The notes under the pieces: generated by a model
Databases searched by the model: none
Seen by the model: only the letters and a program-made list of their open reading frames with translations
Told to the model about the DNA's origin: nothing
Shown: piece by piece, positions 51,281 to 64,000 of the stretch
Numbering within the stretch: the first letter of the stretch is position 1
Layout: every line of letters begins with the position of its first letter
Program-made: the position numbers and the translations under genes
Assembly (NCBI GenBank): GCA_050084985.1
Contig: JBITNC010000001.1
Location: 145,824,001-145,888,000 of the forward strand
Source of the DNA: Nageia nagi
Lineage: Eukaryota; Plantae; Pinophyta
DNA length: 64,000 nt
Direction of reading: 5' to 3'

Positions 51281-53299
51281 TCTAAATATTTCAATAACCT
51301 AGATTTGAAATTCTTTACAAATACTATAGCCCAACATAAGGTTGGACTCCACAACCTCTATAATAAAAAAGAAATAGATTAAAAAAGGCAATAAAATTTT
51401 ATGAATATTCCCTTCACATTTTCTAACTATCTTACTATACCTTTTTGAGGTGAAAGTATATGCTGCAAACTCAACCAGGAAGGTATATGAGAGTGGTGAA
51501 AACTAGGGAAGAAGACTCATACTTTTGCAAAGGAGGCTTACACTAGCATACATAGCTTAGTGTATACAAGAAAGGATCTTGTCAACCAAATAGACTAATA
51601 TACACCATACAAAAATTATACTTAATTTAATCTTATCTATCACATTTGAAATGATAAATAGTAAATTATCCCCCCTTTCAAGACAAGGGTACAAGCTTCA
51701 CATCCAAACTTTCAAATAAAATACTGATATGTTTCTTCAATAGTAATAATGCTAATGCTAGTAATAAACCATACTAATATGAATTCATAAATGTTTAATA
51801 TCCATTATTACTTCAAATCATACCAAGTAATAACCAAGTAATATAAAATAATTCTTATCTTAGCAAGGCATTATCTAAAAACTAAAAAAGAAAATAACTT
51901 GAGAATAAAAATTATGAGATGATAGTAGTTTTATTTTTCCTAAGGTTCCTCCCTTGTTTATAGCCAAGGTGAATATAATAATTCCAAATAAATGTCTACT
52001 CATCCCTTCAATAATTTTTGTGGAGTAAGATGTAGATATTTTATTTCTTTGTGAGGTAGGTCTTAGTTAAATTTGTTGATAAGTATTGTGATATGAAATA
52101 CTTTAGACTCCTTTATATTAACTAACAAATTGAGGCTAATTATTTCTCCTACCTAACATAAAGAAACAAATTAAATGGGAATCATATCTCAATTATTTTC
52201 ACTAACTACCAAAATAGCTTGTAACATCCACAAAGTGATACTAGTTATTTCTAACTAGCAATTTTAAATTTCATTCCATTTTACTAAAAACCATAAATAA
52301 AAATTCAAATACAAAAGAATAAAAAATTAATTTCCCTTTTTGAAATAAGTTTAAAAAATTCATAGAAATATTTTATCACTCATTTTACCTATAGTGATCC
52401 CTTCATTCTACATAATAAAGTTATTAACATAAATACATCCACATATTCATTATCAAAATTGATAATCATGCTTCATAATTATGCTATGTAACTACATGAT
52501 CTATGATGGTCATTAGGGTTTTTAGTGAACCAACACCAATCATTTCCTCACTCTTACTCTTCTATTCCCATCACCAACTCACCCTTGGTCCCTTAGGTCT
52601 TTATCTGTACTTTCCATATTGATTCAATTTATAACATGTGCCAAAAATTCTTGAATCCAACATCAAATATATAAAAATAAAGCATATCTCTATTCAAAAT
52701 TAATCATCACATAACATAATTCAAACTAAATCTCATTAAATATTCATTGATAATTGAGTCTTAATAGTACAATTGGGTGGGTCATTACAAATTGACCTTG
52801 ACTTATCAAACCTTGATTAACAAAAGATACAAACCTATGTTTTACTTGTTATGATGATCAAAGATGGTATTCAACTTGAATTAGATCAATGATGAGCCTC
52901 TCCATAAAAGGTACCCACCAAATCATCCTTAGCCTAGTACAATCATTAGGATCCTAACATTGTTGTCCAACTACCTTTTTTAAAAAACCTCATAGTTTCA
53001 TTCATTATCATCAAAAATGCTTTAAAGATTGGATTATTATGCATAACTATATTAAAAAGTTATATGAATAAAAAGATCAAAGTATAACAAAATCAAGATA
53101 TTATAGGTGGCATCAAGAGAAACCAATCAAAGGATAAAACTATTTAACACCTATCAAGGATTTTAGATCATATTATGATTTCTCATGCATAACCCTTCTA
53201 CCTTAATAGCTAGCAGGTCTAGCTCTAGGTCTCCTTCTTAGGCTTATGGTGCATGTAGGTCAACTTGTTATCATAAAACATAAAGGGAGTTGAGTATGC

Positions 53300-56200
53300 A
53301 AAACAAAAAGAGTATTAAATCACTTATATAAATAAATCATTAAAAATAACTAAAAGGTGTATTTTAATTTAACTAATATTCCTTTTTAGATGTTAACAAA
53401 TCCACCCCACTTTGATATGATATGATACTTTTGGGAAAAAGAAAATTCAAAGCCCAAATTAAAAAAATAAAAATAGTAAATAAGAAAACAATTCCTGAAA
53501 AATATATTCATAGAGGTAGCTTTGGATTCCTTGATTTACATCAATTTTTTGCTTGGTTATGACATGATGGACCACTTAACATGGGACCAACCAAGAATAA
53601 AGACAAAGGAACATATAATCATCTTATAATAATAAATGTTTTCCATGCGATATATCAAATATTGATCCAAAATTTGATTGTTACCTAGCAACAAAATAAG
53701 AACTTCACATCAAAGTTCTCTCCTTGATATATATATATATATATATTAAAAAAATATCAATTTATATTTTAATATCAATAAATAAAAAAATTAATATTTG
53801 CAGCCATTTCAAAAGTAAAAAAGGTGAAAAAGAAAAAACAAAATCCCTTTATGGGAAAAAGACAAAATAATTCCCACTTACCTTTTTATGGTAAATATTT
53901 TCTTCCACTGAGAATATATGATTAAAAGGAAAATAAATAGGTGTTAGTTAATATTTCCCTACAAAAAAGGTGATGGGATAATATTAACACTTGTTTAGCT
54001 ATTTTAAATTTGCAAGTGTGGCAAATTATATTGCTTGTAAGTGGTGGGTCTATTTAGGAGTTTGTTTTGTTTTTAAAAATAGTGCTATTATTATTTTTAT
54101 TCCCTAAAATAAGGATGGGAGATAATTTTTAGTTGTTATATTGTTGAAGAATATATTTAAAATAGAGTGTAGTTATTTCCTTTAAAACAGGAAGGGAGAT
54201 AATGTGTGTTTGTTGGAGCTAATTTGGTGGAAGATCAAATTGGGGAGAAATTGGTTAATGGCCACAACTAATTTCAACTCAACATGGAATAATACCAAAA
54301 TAGTTTGTTGGGATTAAATTGTAAGCTAGCTTCCTTAACATTATAAAAGGAATTATAGTATGTTTTATTAGTTAGTGGATTTCTATTAGTCTATGGGAGA
54401 AGGGAGTGTGGCAAAATACACTAAGTGTTAAAAAGTGAAAAAAGGTCAAGGATTGATTCAAGCTCCATAGAATAAAGAGAAAAAGTTGGTAAAATTCTTA
54501 TGGTATTTTTATTTATTCTTGCATAAATATTTTGCTTTTACACTTAGAAAGTAAATCACTTTTCTTGTGAGATAAGGTGGCAAAAATATTTAAATAATTT
54601 GTATGTGTGAGATAGGGAATCACCATAGGCAAACTATCATTATGAATCAAATATAGTCATTAAAAATCATATATTATATATAAAATGAAAGAACAATATA
54701 GTAAACCTATCCTTGGTAGCTTATCCACCAAGAATGTTAGAAGAGATTACATTTGGTTAAGAAAGACTTATGACCTCAACTTAATAATGAGGACTTACCA
54801 AATAACATCAATTACCAAACTTAGAGTATAGTGGAATGATCATCACTACCCTCAATAAGTCATCATTTTACTATAGATTGTGATACTTGATGGGTAATGA
54901 AATACTCATCATTACCATCATCAAGTATCACAATTTACCTTTTATTCAAGTGGTGAGTAATGGAATTCTCATGGCTTCTCCCAACAAGTAAACAATTATA
55001 TTTTAATAGGGAACAAAATGTTCATCATTATTCATATTATGAATAATAATTTACTTAAATTATGGGTGATGTAATGCTCATAATTACCCCCTAAAAAGTT
55101 TATCATGATCAATAATCTATTTAACAGATATGTAATAGGGTTATGATCATGACCCATATCAATTTCATGTAATCGATTAACAAAAGTAGTCACTAACTAA
55201 AGAGTAAAGAAATATTCATATTTCCTTTATTTACATTTCTAAAAAATCAATTTATTCAATATGTGGTCATTATTTATATTATAATTACAATGATGTTGCC
55301 TAGAATCTAGCAACCCTATTGATGTGATTCACTTAATTACCTGCAAGTTTAATTAGAGAAAATACAAAAACTAGAAATAATGTAAAAAAGATATCATTAT
55401 ATATAGAATCATTTTAGATGCGTAACATTTATTATATTTATTTCTTCCTTACACTCAATGGTATATAATTTATATGCCCCTTTCCCATAATTTGCAATGA
55501 TAATGAAAGGAGCAATCCAATTAGATTCAAATTTAACTTTCTTTTTATTTTTTAGAGCTTTATTATTTGCAAGATTTCTATTTAAGACTAAGTATCCTAT
55601 CTTGAACTTTTTAGGTTAAATATTTTGACTATATACTCATTTAACTCTATACTTATATACTCATAAATATTTCAAAGTATTTACTCTTTTCTTGTCTAAA
55701 GCTTCTAGTTGTGATAATCTTACTTTTATTTTATCTTCATAAAAAATAAATCCATCTAAAGACACACATAAATAAGGTATTTCTAACTCTAAGAGAATAA
55801 CTTCTTCATTACCATATATTAAAGAGAAAAGCATTACCATATAATAGTCCTTATACTTGTTCTATAAGCCCACAAAAGTATAAGGTAATTGTTCATACAA
55901 TTTTTTACCATGTTTTGTAACAAATTTACACAAAATACTTTTCATAATTTTGTCAAAAGCTTTCATTGAACCATTACCTTGTAGATAATAAGGAATAGAA
56001 ATTTTTTGTTCAATATGATACTTCTCATATATATATTTTTCCTCATTACCTCTAAAACTCAAACCATTATCTATGAATAATTTAGAAGGCACACCATATC
56101 TATAAGTAATGTACTCAATTAAAAATTCAATAATATTACCTATTTTTGCTAACTTTATAGGGATAGCCTCCATCAAGTTTGTAAAATATTTCATGGCTGT

Positions 56201-57200
56201 AATATTAAACTTATATCCATTTCTTGAAACAAGGTTATTTTTTCTAATAAAATCAACTACCCAAATAAAAAAATACCAATGAGAAATAATAGAGTGCAAT
56301 ACATATGATGGGGAAGGTTGAAGTTTATAGTTTTTATGAAATTGTTAATATTTATTTACATGTAATTCATAATCTTCAAGCATATTAGGAAAATAATAAC
56401 CTACTCTAAGAAACCTTTGATAAATCATTTTAGCACCAAATGACTACCACATTCTCCATCATGAACTTGATGGAGAGCCCTTTCTACCTCGTGTCACATT
56501 AAACATCTAAGAAGAACACCATCATAAAATATTCTATACAATAAATCACCAATAATAAGATACTTTGTAGATAACAGTTTATGTGTAATTTTTATGTTGT
56601 GATCAAAATCACTAGGTACTACTCCATTGTTTAAATAAACAAAAACATCCATATGCCAATAATATGCTTCAATACAAGTAGTAGAAAAGCAAAGATCCTT
56701 AATCTAATCCATAACAATAAAAGGATGGGAAGGTCTACTAAATTTTTAATCATAAGAATTATTTTTTCATATTCAATATTAATAGGAGAAAGGGAAGGAA
56801 CATTAGCCATAGAATCAACATAGTTATTATTATATTTTAGAATATTCTCAAATTGATAATTATCAAAATACATGAGAATATTTGTTACCAAATTCTTGTA
56901 TGGTTACAATTTTACAACTTTGGTATTATAAATGTCATTGAATTATTTCACCACCTATTGGGAATCATCATAGATTTTAATCCATTGTATCTTCATAAGT
57001 ATAATTATTTTTAAACCTAAAGTTAAAGCTTCTTATTTATCCATATTTTTAGTATAGTAGAAACTCAATATATAAGATATAGGAATCATATTATCATATG
57101 GATTGATTAAAAAAATCCTTTCCCTATCTTTGTGAATGTATTTATAACCATTAAAGAATAAATTACATTAATCCTCACTTGAAAATGCTATAAAAACCTT
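53300..57200 (-). mobile_element. Tat-type Ty3/gypsy fragment: aRH, integrase, 3' UTR, PPT and start of a 3' LTR
   Basis: aRH LFFNG...IKIYDDSQ...NNYVDSMAN. Integrase YRYGVPSKLFIDNGLSF...YYLQGNG, ending INVTHLK (~55410). Candidate PPT gtggggtggatt, then LTR start tgttaaca at 53398 (minus). LTR extent is uncertain. Confidence 0.8.
54830..55170. repeat. Degenerate ~60-bp palindromic tandem units in the Tat 3' UTR
   Basis: Best unit 54877-54934 (attgtgatacttgatgggtaatga / tcattaccatcatcaagtatcacaat); related ggtaatg...cattacc units follow. Confidence 0.65.
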
Positions 57201-57252
57201 AGAGAATTTGGGTTCCATAACAAGGCATCACTACCCAGATGGAGTACTATCA

Positions 57253-58970
57253 TGTAATAGTCCACCTAAACCCAACTAGACACCAAAACTTGACTTTAAT
57301 ACTAGAATGACTTAGAAATATACAAAGGTGATCCACATGAGAATATTACCACATCTACCTAGTTGACACCACATGGAAAGATTGGCCAAATACAAATTAA
57401 TCAATCATGATAAAAATATTTTGGAGTTCACTTCCACAATACTTAACCCATTGGGAAGACATTAAGAAGGTGATCCCATCATTTTCATTGATGAACTATG
57501 ATACAAAACTTTAGGTCATAATGTTATGGTTTTGTTCTTGGGGCTCATATGTTCACCCAAAAGAATGTTCATACATAAGGTTATACAAAGTGCATATAGA
57601 TTATCCTAAAGCAATATTCCAAATGATATGGATTTAACATCATCACCTTATGGAGAGATCATCATAATATATGTTATTAACTACAAGAAGTATGAATACA
57701 AGTTACCCTCATCTAGTAACCATAAACCCATATATATCATCAAGGTCTAACATATTGCCTAATATCGTTATGCACATATCTTGGCTATCCATGGATAATA
57801 TATCAATAATATCCTTAAGTGGTTTGTATCATATAATCACTTTTATTAAACAAATTATAAAGAAAAAACCACCCCATAATACTATCCTAGATATAATTGG
57901 TACTAAACAAATTATTGGTATTCTAGGTTTAATTGCTTGTTTGATTACAAGTCATGGTAATATTAATATCTCAATCAAAATAAATTTAAAGATATATTTC
58001 AAAATCATATATCAATTATCATATGCATTTAAATTAAATATAATTGTATTATAAAGTAACATATAAATTAATCATAGAGTTTAATCTTTGAAAATAATCA
58101 TTCCAAGCATGCTTAGGAAGAAAATGTAGAATACAGTGTACCTGGTAAGAAAAAAATGAATTTAAGAAATAGTGCTTCATAACAATAATACCACATGAAT
58201 GACTAGATAAAAGTAATAACACTTTTTAAGTATGAATCTATCAAAGAGTAGCATAAAAGTTGGCTATTTATAGCAAGTGAGTGCAAAATAGATTGATCCT
58301 TACATGTGGAATATTTTAAGATAAGGTTTTCTTATAATTTAGGGAAATCATAATACAATTTTGTATATTCCTATTTTCTCAATGAAAGCTATTAGATTTT
58401 TATTTATTATTGTGATTAACTTATAAATCCACATTTGATACCAACCATAAGTCAAAATATCCTAAGAAAAGCTCTTACCAATTTGAGTTTGTAGTCTAAA
58501 TCAATTATAAATCATTAATATGCATAACCAAGAACTATCATACCTAGTTCAATTTTCTTATTTTTCCTCTTTAAAAGTACAAAATATTAGATACCTATCA
58601 ATTTGCTTAGAAAACCTTTCTTTCCAATGAATTATAACCACAAAATAATGCTCAAACATCCTTGAGTGTTTTAATACAATGATACTACATTATATTATTT
58701 ATCTAGATAGTATCTCATCTCTACATCATATCTAGTAAGGTTTTTTAGCTTATATTTGATAGCTCATTCATTCACTATCTTAATGATCTTGCAATAAATA
58801 GTATTCAATACATTTAAAAGTACTAACATATATTGATTCATTTTATTATCAATATATGTACACATATGAACTTTAAAACACAAGTTCATAATTGCATGTG
58901 TAGATGTGTGTGCACATGCACACACACACACACACACACACACACTAAGCATTAGTAACCACATCCTTTA
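57253..58970 (-). repeat. LTR remnant related to the Tekay-type LTRs
   Basis: Starts tgtaatag like the other minus-strand LTR 3' ends; cacatggaaagatt motif shared with ~59235 and the reverse complement of ~45300-45325; TATA-like gctataaatagcc (58262-58274, minus); (CA)13 at 58919-58944. Confidence 0.55.
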
Positions 58971-59091
58971 TTATATTCATTCATTTATTTCATATCATTG
59001 AATTATATTTCTAATGTGATCATGAAATTGGTTCAATCACTACCTATTTAGGACTAAGCATATATTGAGCATTAGTAACCACATCCTTTAT

Positions 59092-61000
59092 TGTAACACA
59101 ACTACCCTTTTTTCAACTTCATAAAACCATAACATTTTAGACTTATATTTTTGTTTAATTTAGATACTTTAATAGTCGAAGATTAGACAAGGCATTACAT
59201 ATGGCATATCAACACTGCTAGCTAGTTAGCACTCACATGGAAAGATTTTCCAAATCTAAATTAACCAATCTTGATTAGTATGAATACTAGTTACTCTCAC
59301 CTAGTGGGTGAAAGTAAGAACTTGAGTCCATTTAAAGGGGAAGTGGGAGAATATCAATGAAGTAAAAATTCACTATCAAAAAATTAGGATCCTGATATTT
59401 AAAACTAAAACACATACATTTAATATGGGGATTCCAATATTTATTAGGATATTTAGGTTGGTAAAAGGCTTAGTGAGCCAACACTTAGCCTTGGAACTGC
59501 AAGTATGTATTCATGGAAATGTTAATAGAAAATATAAACATTAGTCATACATTTGATGGAGTTTTGGTCAAATGTTTTTATGAAATTAAAACCCATTATA
59601 GATTAAAGAGCATAGATTTCAAATATATAATTTTTTTCTAATTAGATACAATTTTATATTTTTCAATTATTTTTTACTAAAAGTGATCCATATACTTGAA
59701 TTATGAGGGTCTTGTATTTTCTTAACAAATTTTATTTTTGGGAGTTATGCAAAAAATTATATAGGGAAAAGCTTCATAGGATAAGAAAAATTGAAAAAAG
59801 GTTAAGTTTAGATCAAATTAAGCAAGATGGACATAAGCACTTTTCAAAACCACAAACATGCCCATTACAAAATAAATTAAAAATAAATTTGATGAAAAAA
59901 TTATGGAAAAATATCCAAGATAAGCTCTAATATTTTAGGTATCTTCACCTAAAAGTATTTTAAAAAATACCTTGATTTTAGTCAAATTATTCAGGATGGA
60001 CACATGCATGGTATGGTTCAAAAATGGTTTTTTTTTTTTTTTTTAAATAGTATTTTTTGTTTATATTACTAAATTTTAAATTCTATCATATGCATATTAG
60101 AATAAATTATACATTTAAAAATTAAACTCTAAGTGCTACATTTTCCCTTTAGAGATCTTTTTCATGATTCCATGCCTAAGTGCTTCAAATTTTGAGATCA
60201 ATCATACCCAAACTTGAAAATAAAGGAAAACACTTCCACTTTTTAGCCTTAAATTATATCCAACTTCTTGCACCTACCCCATTAACCATAGTTTTATCCA
60301 TTGCTATCTTCATCTAATGAACTATCTACTATAGATGAGACAATAACTTGCCCATATCTATTGACTAGACTCAACATGGAGTCTAACATCCTTGTGTTCA
60401 TATCTTGGAGAGCCATGGGTATTATAATAATGCCCTTAAGTTTTTTCATATATTTTAATAAAATTTTAAGTAAGAAAAACCATCCCCTATCCAAATTTCC
60501 TAGAAATAATTAATCTTCGATCAATTATTAGGTTTTCTAGGTTTCATGCTTGAATCAAGCATTGGGATGTTCCTCTACTCTAATTGGTTTCAAATAAATG
60601 AATTTCATATTAATAACCATATTTGATAAATAAGAACAATAAATGCATTAAAAGTGCATCAAAAGTTTCAAAACAAACTTGTTCATGAAGTCACTAAAGA
60701 ATATTCAATGGTACTTTACTATAATGGTCCCATATTTATTGTGTGGTGTAAGGAATATTACTGTAAAAGTTATTCATATGCTAAAGATTAATAAGACTTA
60801 AGATATTGCTAAAGATATCTACTTGTAACAAGGAAGTATGATGTAGAGTATTTCATACTCAAGGAATATCCTTTTGGTATGTTGTTTAGAGGGCTTGTAA
60901 TAATAAATGTTTGACTAAGTTATATTTTATGTATTTCTCCTTATCAATTAGTCAATCCATAACTTCTTATCTTATTTTATTTGACTTTTGATCCACTCTA
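59092..61000 (-). repeat. LTR remnant(s) related to the Tekay-type LTRs
   Basis: tgtaacac...aaaaccataacattttagac resembles the reverse complement of 45410-45457; tcaacactgctagctagttagcactcacatgg resembles that of ~45315-45340. The right boundary is uncertain. Confidence 0.5.
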
Positions 61001-61360
61001 TCATAACATTGAAGTTTACATTACCCTTTTATTCATCTTCTATGGTTTTATTACCTAATTTGGGTTTTCTTAGAATAACATTAAAGAACCCTAATATTCT
61101 AATTTAGCTTGAGTAATGTATTAAGACTTTATTTACATTACTTTAAATAACCCATGCCTTTGTCATTTTAATCATTTATAAGTATAATACCATATTTTCT
61201 TCAACATTTAACCTCTTTATCTTATTAAAATATATCCGTCTTATTAGATATGACACCATTATTTCTTTAATTTTGATTTTCATTATAATATGTTTACTAT
61301 TTCAAACCCCATCTCCCTTATTAAATATTGGAAGAGAGTTTTCCTTTTCAATGTCATACT

Positions 61361-61370
61361 ATACATACAT

Positions 61371-61410
<40 letters not shown>
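61361..61410. repeat. Compound (TACA)n(CA)n(TA)n microsatellite
   Basis: Seen directly in the sequence. Confidence 0.9.
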
Positions 61411-61411
<1 letters not shown>

Positions 61412-62439
61412 AGATTTCATATTCTATTACAATCATATTAGGTTAGGGAGTCTAGTCTTCACTTTATTTTACCAAGTATTTATTAACTTCCCATGATATT
61501 ATTTGTATTATAATAAATCATAAATTTAAGAGCATATGATAGGGTGAAACAAATCAAATTCACTTCTTTTATTATTACCAATAAGTTACATATGGACAAT
61601 AGGTTATATTTCTTGATACCTTATTTAGCACTTACATTAATTTTGGTAATGAATATACATACATGGATAATAACTATATTATATACCCTAATATATTGTA
61701 TGATGATAGCAACTATCAAACATGAGGACCACCCAAATTTGTACCTCACCATGTATAATACATTTAATTACATATAGGGTCCTCATAATCAATCATGAAA
61801 CTTTTACATCATAGTTTTGTAGATATATCATAGGCATTCTATATATATTCATCCTTTAAATGTAGCTCCTTGCCATATTCACCTTCCACGTTCCTCTGCA
61901 AGGATCAAGGATATATTGGATATAAGTATTAAGAAAGGATTTTAAGTATGGAGAATTAGGATAGCCCTTTTTTTTTACCAAAATGAATCTTACACTAAAT
62001 GCATCATGATCCATTCTAACAATTCAAATACCCTATTTATGGACCTCATGAGATTTTATGTTCTCTCTAGAATGACCTCGCTTCCTTGGTATTAGGGTAA
62101 TATCATAATCATAACTTGCTAAAAATCATGCACAAAATTAAATATCAATCAATTGATATATTTCTCATTGAAAATAGTGTGAATCTATATATTCATTTCA
62201 ACTTTAAACATGATTATACCATTTATTCACTTTGAATTTAAACTAAAAGTAATTAAAAACCCTTATTAAATGGTTCTTTATAATACCCATTCCTTGTAAA
62301 TGAATAAAATTTTATTTGAAATAAATGTAATAAAAGGCTAATGTTTTCATTTAAATATAGTCTCAAGATTCAACATGATCACATGGTACTCAAATTGTAA
62401 ATACCTCTAAATAAAATGCCTCCTAAATTTACAACCTTG

Positions 62440-63320
62440 CATAAGAGGGGAAATACAACCAATGAAGGGACTTGGGAATTGTTTGATAAAATATCTAATC
62501 ATAATGTTGCAAAAATGGATACGTTGTAGTATATGTGACTTGTATAACAAAATTTGTCACCTAATATAAGATAAATATGTTGATGGAATCAAGAAATTAT
62601 TTTACAAATTTTCATAGTTTTTAAAAAGGTATTATGCAAAATAGGTATGCATAGAGTAAACATTTAATAAAGTCCTATGAATGGTTTGGAAAAGTATTTC
62701 ATAGCATAGAATGGATATGGAAGTCCTAAGAATAATTTGGTAAAATGCCTCATCTAGATGTAATCTCATGGACAAATATGAAAGCAAGATAAGCACACAA
62801 ATGGATACATTGTAAGGACTTAAAATTGTTTGACAAAATATCTTTTTAAAATGTATACCATAATTAAACTAATTTATTTAAAAAAATGCCTCATAAAAAT
62901 GAGTATTATACTTGCAAGACAAGCCCTAAAATGGATACGTCAAAAGGCTTGTGAGGTATTTTTTTAAATGCATCATCAAAATGTTGTCTTATGGAACATA
63001 GTGATCTCAAGATATGTAGAAAATGGATATGTTCAAGGGGTTTGTAATTTATTTGGCAAATGCATTGTTCTAATATAGTCATATGGAATGTAAAGAACAT
63101 AGAATATGCACCAAATAGATATGTTGGAGGGGTTTATAATTTATTTACTAAATACCTCATTGAAATTCAATCATATGGAATGCAATGATCATAAAATATG
63201 CATCCAATAGATACATTAGAGGGGTATGCAAGTGGATTGATTACCTACTCCATCGAAATAGAGTATTATGGGCTATGATGACTACATGTTATACTCAAAA
63301 TAGATAGATTTTTATGCATA
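62440..63320 (+). pseudogene. Degenerate PPR gene with tandem 31-aa S-type motifs
   Basis: WELFDKI; KMPHLDVISWTNM; NVVLWNIVISRYVENGYVQGVCNLFGK; NIVIWNV...EYAPNRYVGGVYNLFTK; IWNAMIIKYASNRYI. Consensus VVSWNAMI.GYA.NG....A..LFDKMP. Confidence 0.82.
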
Positions 63321-64000
63321 TGCAGAGTCAAAATATACAAATATTTGCCATCATTCTTCCAACATGAGCTATATAGAAATATCTAGTAGGTATCTAATTA
63401 TGGTTTCTTAGTGAATGTAGTCGATAGGAAGCTAAAAACATAGAGAATATAAAATCTCCATGAATCACTTAACAAATATACAATGGAGGAACAATTTCAT
63501 ATACTAACACAAGCACTAATCAAACACCCTTTTGAAAGGATTTTATTGTACAAGTCTTTACCCATGATTCAAACAAACAATAATATAATTATTTTTATAT
63601 ATTTCTCCTTCCCTTATCTAGATAACCTCATGTGAAAGTGAACAACAACTATACAATATTATCCCATATTAAATTTCAATTATGACACCCATGAATATCA
63701 TTCAAAATAAATAAGTGATTTTAAATAACTTATTTACTCCATTTTCCAAGTACATATTCACATGCAAGGATTTCATACCATTACTATTTCATTTAATTAG
63801 TACAAAATAATGTAAGATCAAAATGATCATGATCCTTAATAATTCATATATAAGCACTTCAGTTTTCAAGAAATCCTAAAGATTTTGACATAAAACTTAA
63901 AGTTTTTGGTTAAGCATTTATCACTAGGGGCTAAATTACTAAAAAAGAACCTATAATATAAAATTTAATAATGGAGAAAAGATGAACTCCTTGCTCCATG

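Larger units (their letters stand above)
40651..52789 (-). mobile_element. Interrupted solo LTR (pieces 40651-40774 and ~51300-52789)
   Basis: 40651-40774 resembles the reverse complement of the LTR 3' end at 45361-45457. The reverse complement from 52789 begins tgtaatgacccaccc, like the LTR start at 50311. TSD aatta (40646-40650) / aattg (52790-52794). Confidence 0.78.

Overview
This window is AT-rich, strongly CG/CHG-depleted eukaryotic intergenic DNA. It is very probably from a large-genome plant; a gymnosperm is my inference, based on PPR fragment style, ~4 kb LTRs and deep nesting. I found no intact host gene, RNA gene or CRISPR array, and the short ORFs in the track are fragments of decayed mobile elements. 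Block 1 (1-32.5 kb) is a nested stack. An old L1-type LINE (+) is split by a 28.5 kb minus-strand LTR element (LTRs 1224-5336 and 25738-29686, TSD cctag/ccttg, tRNA-Met PBS, gag-like remnants only). That element carries an 8.7 kb hAT-type DNA transposon (7049-15717, 8-bp TSD) and a Tat-lineage Ty3/gypsy element (~17590-25183). The hAT element is the most unusual object. It holds a ZNF862-like transposase, a convergent spliced PMD-like (plant mobile domain) gene, and three 25-26 bp tandem arrays built on one 19-bp palindrome. Block 2 (32.5-40.6 kb) holds LINE and chromovirus fragments. Block 3 (40.65-52.8 kb) is a minus-strand solo LTR interrupted by a plus-strand Tekay chromovirus of the same family. 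Block 4 (53-64 kb) holds a Tat aRH-integrase fragment, LTR remnants and a degenerate PPR pseudogene. Two other signals stand out: a ~1 kb CpG-retaining island in only one of two sister LTRs, and PPR-derived sequence at LTR deletion junctions. All calls come from manual reading and translation, and boundaries marked ~ are approximate.
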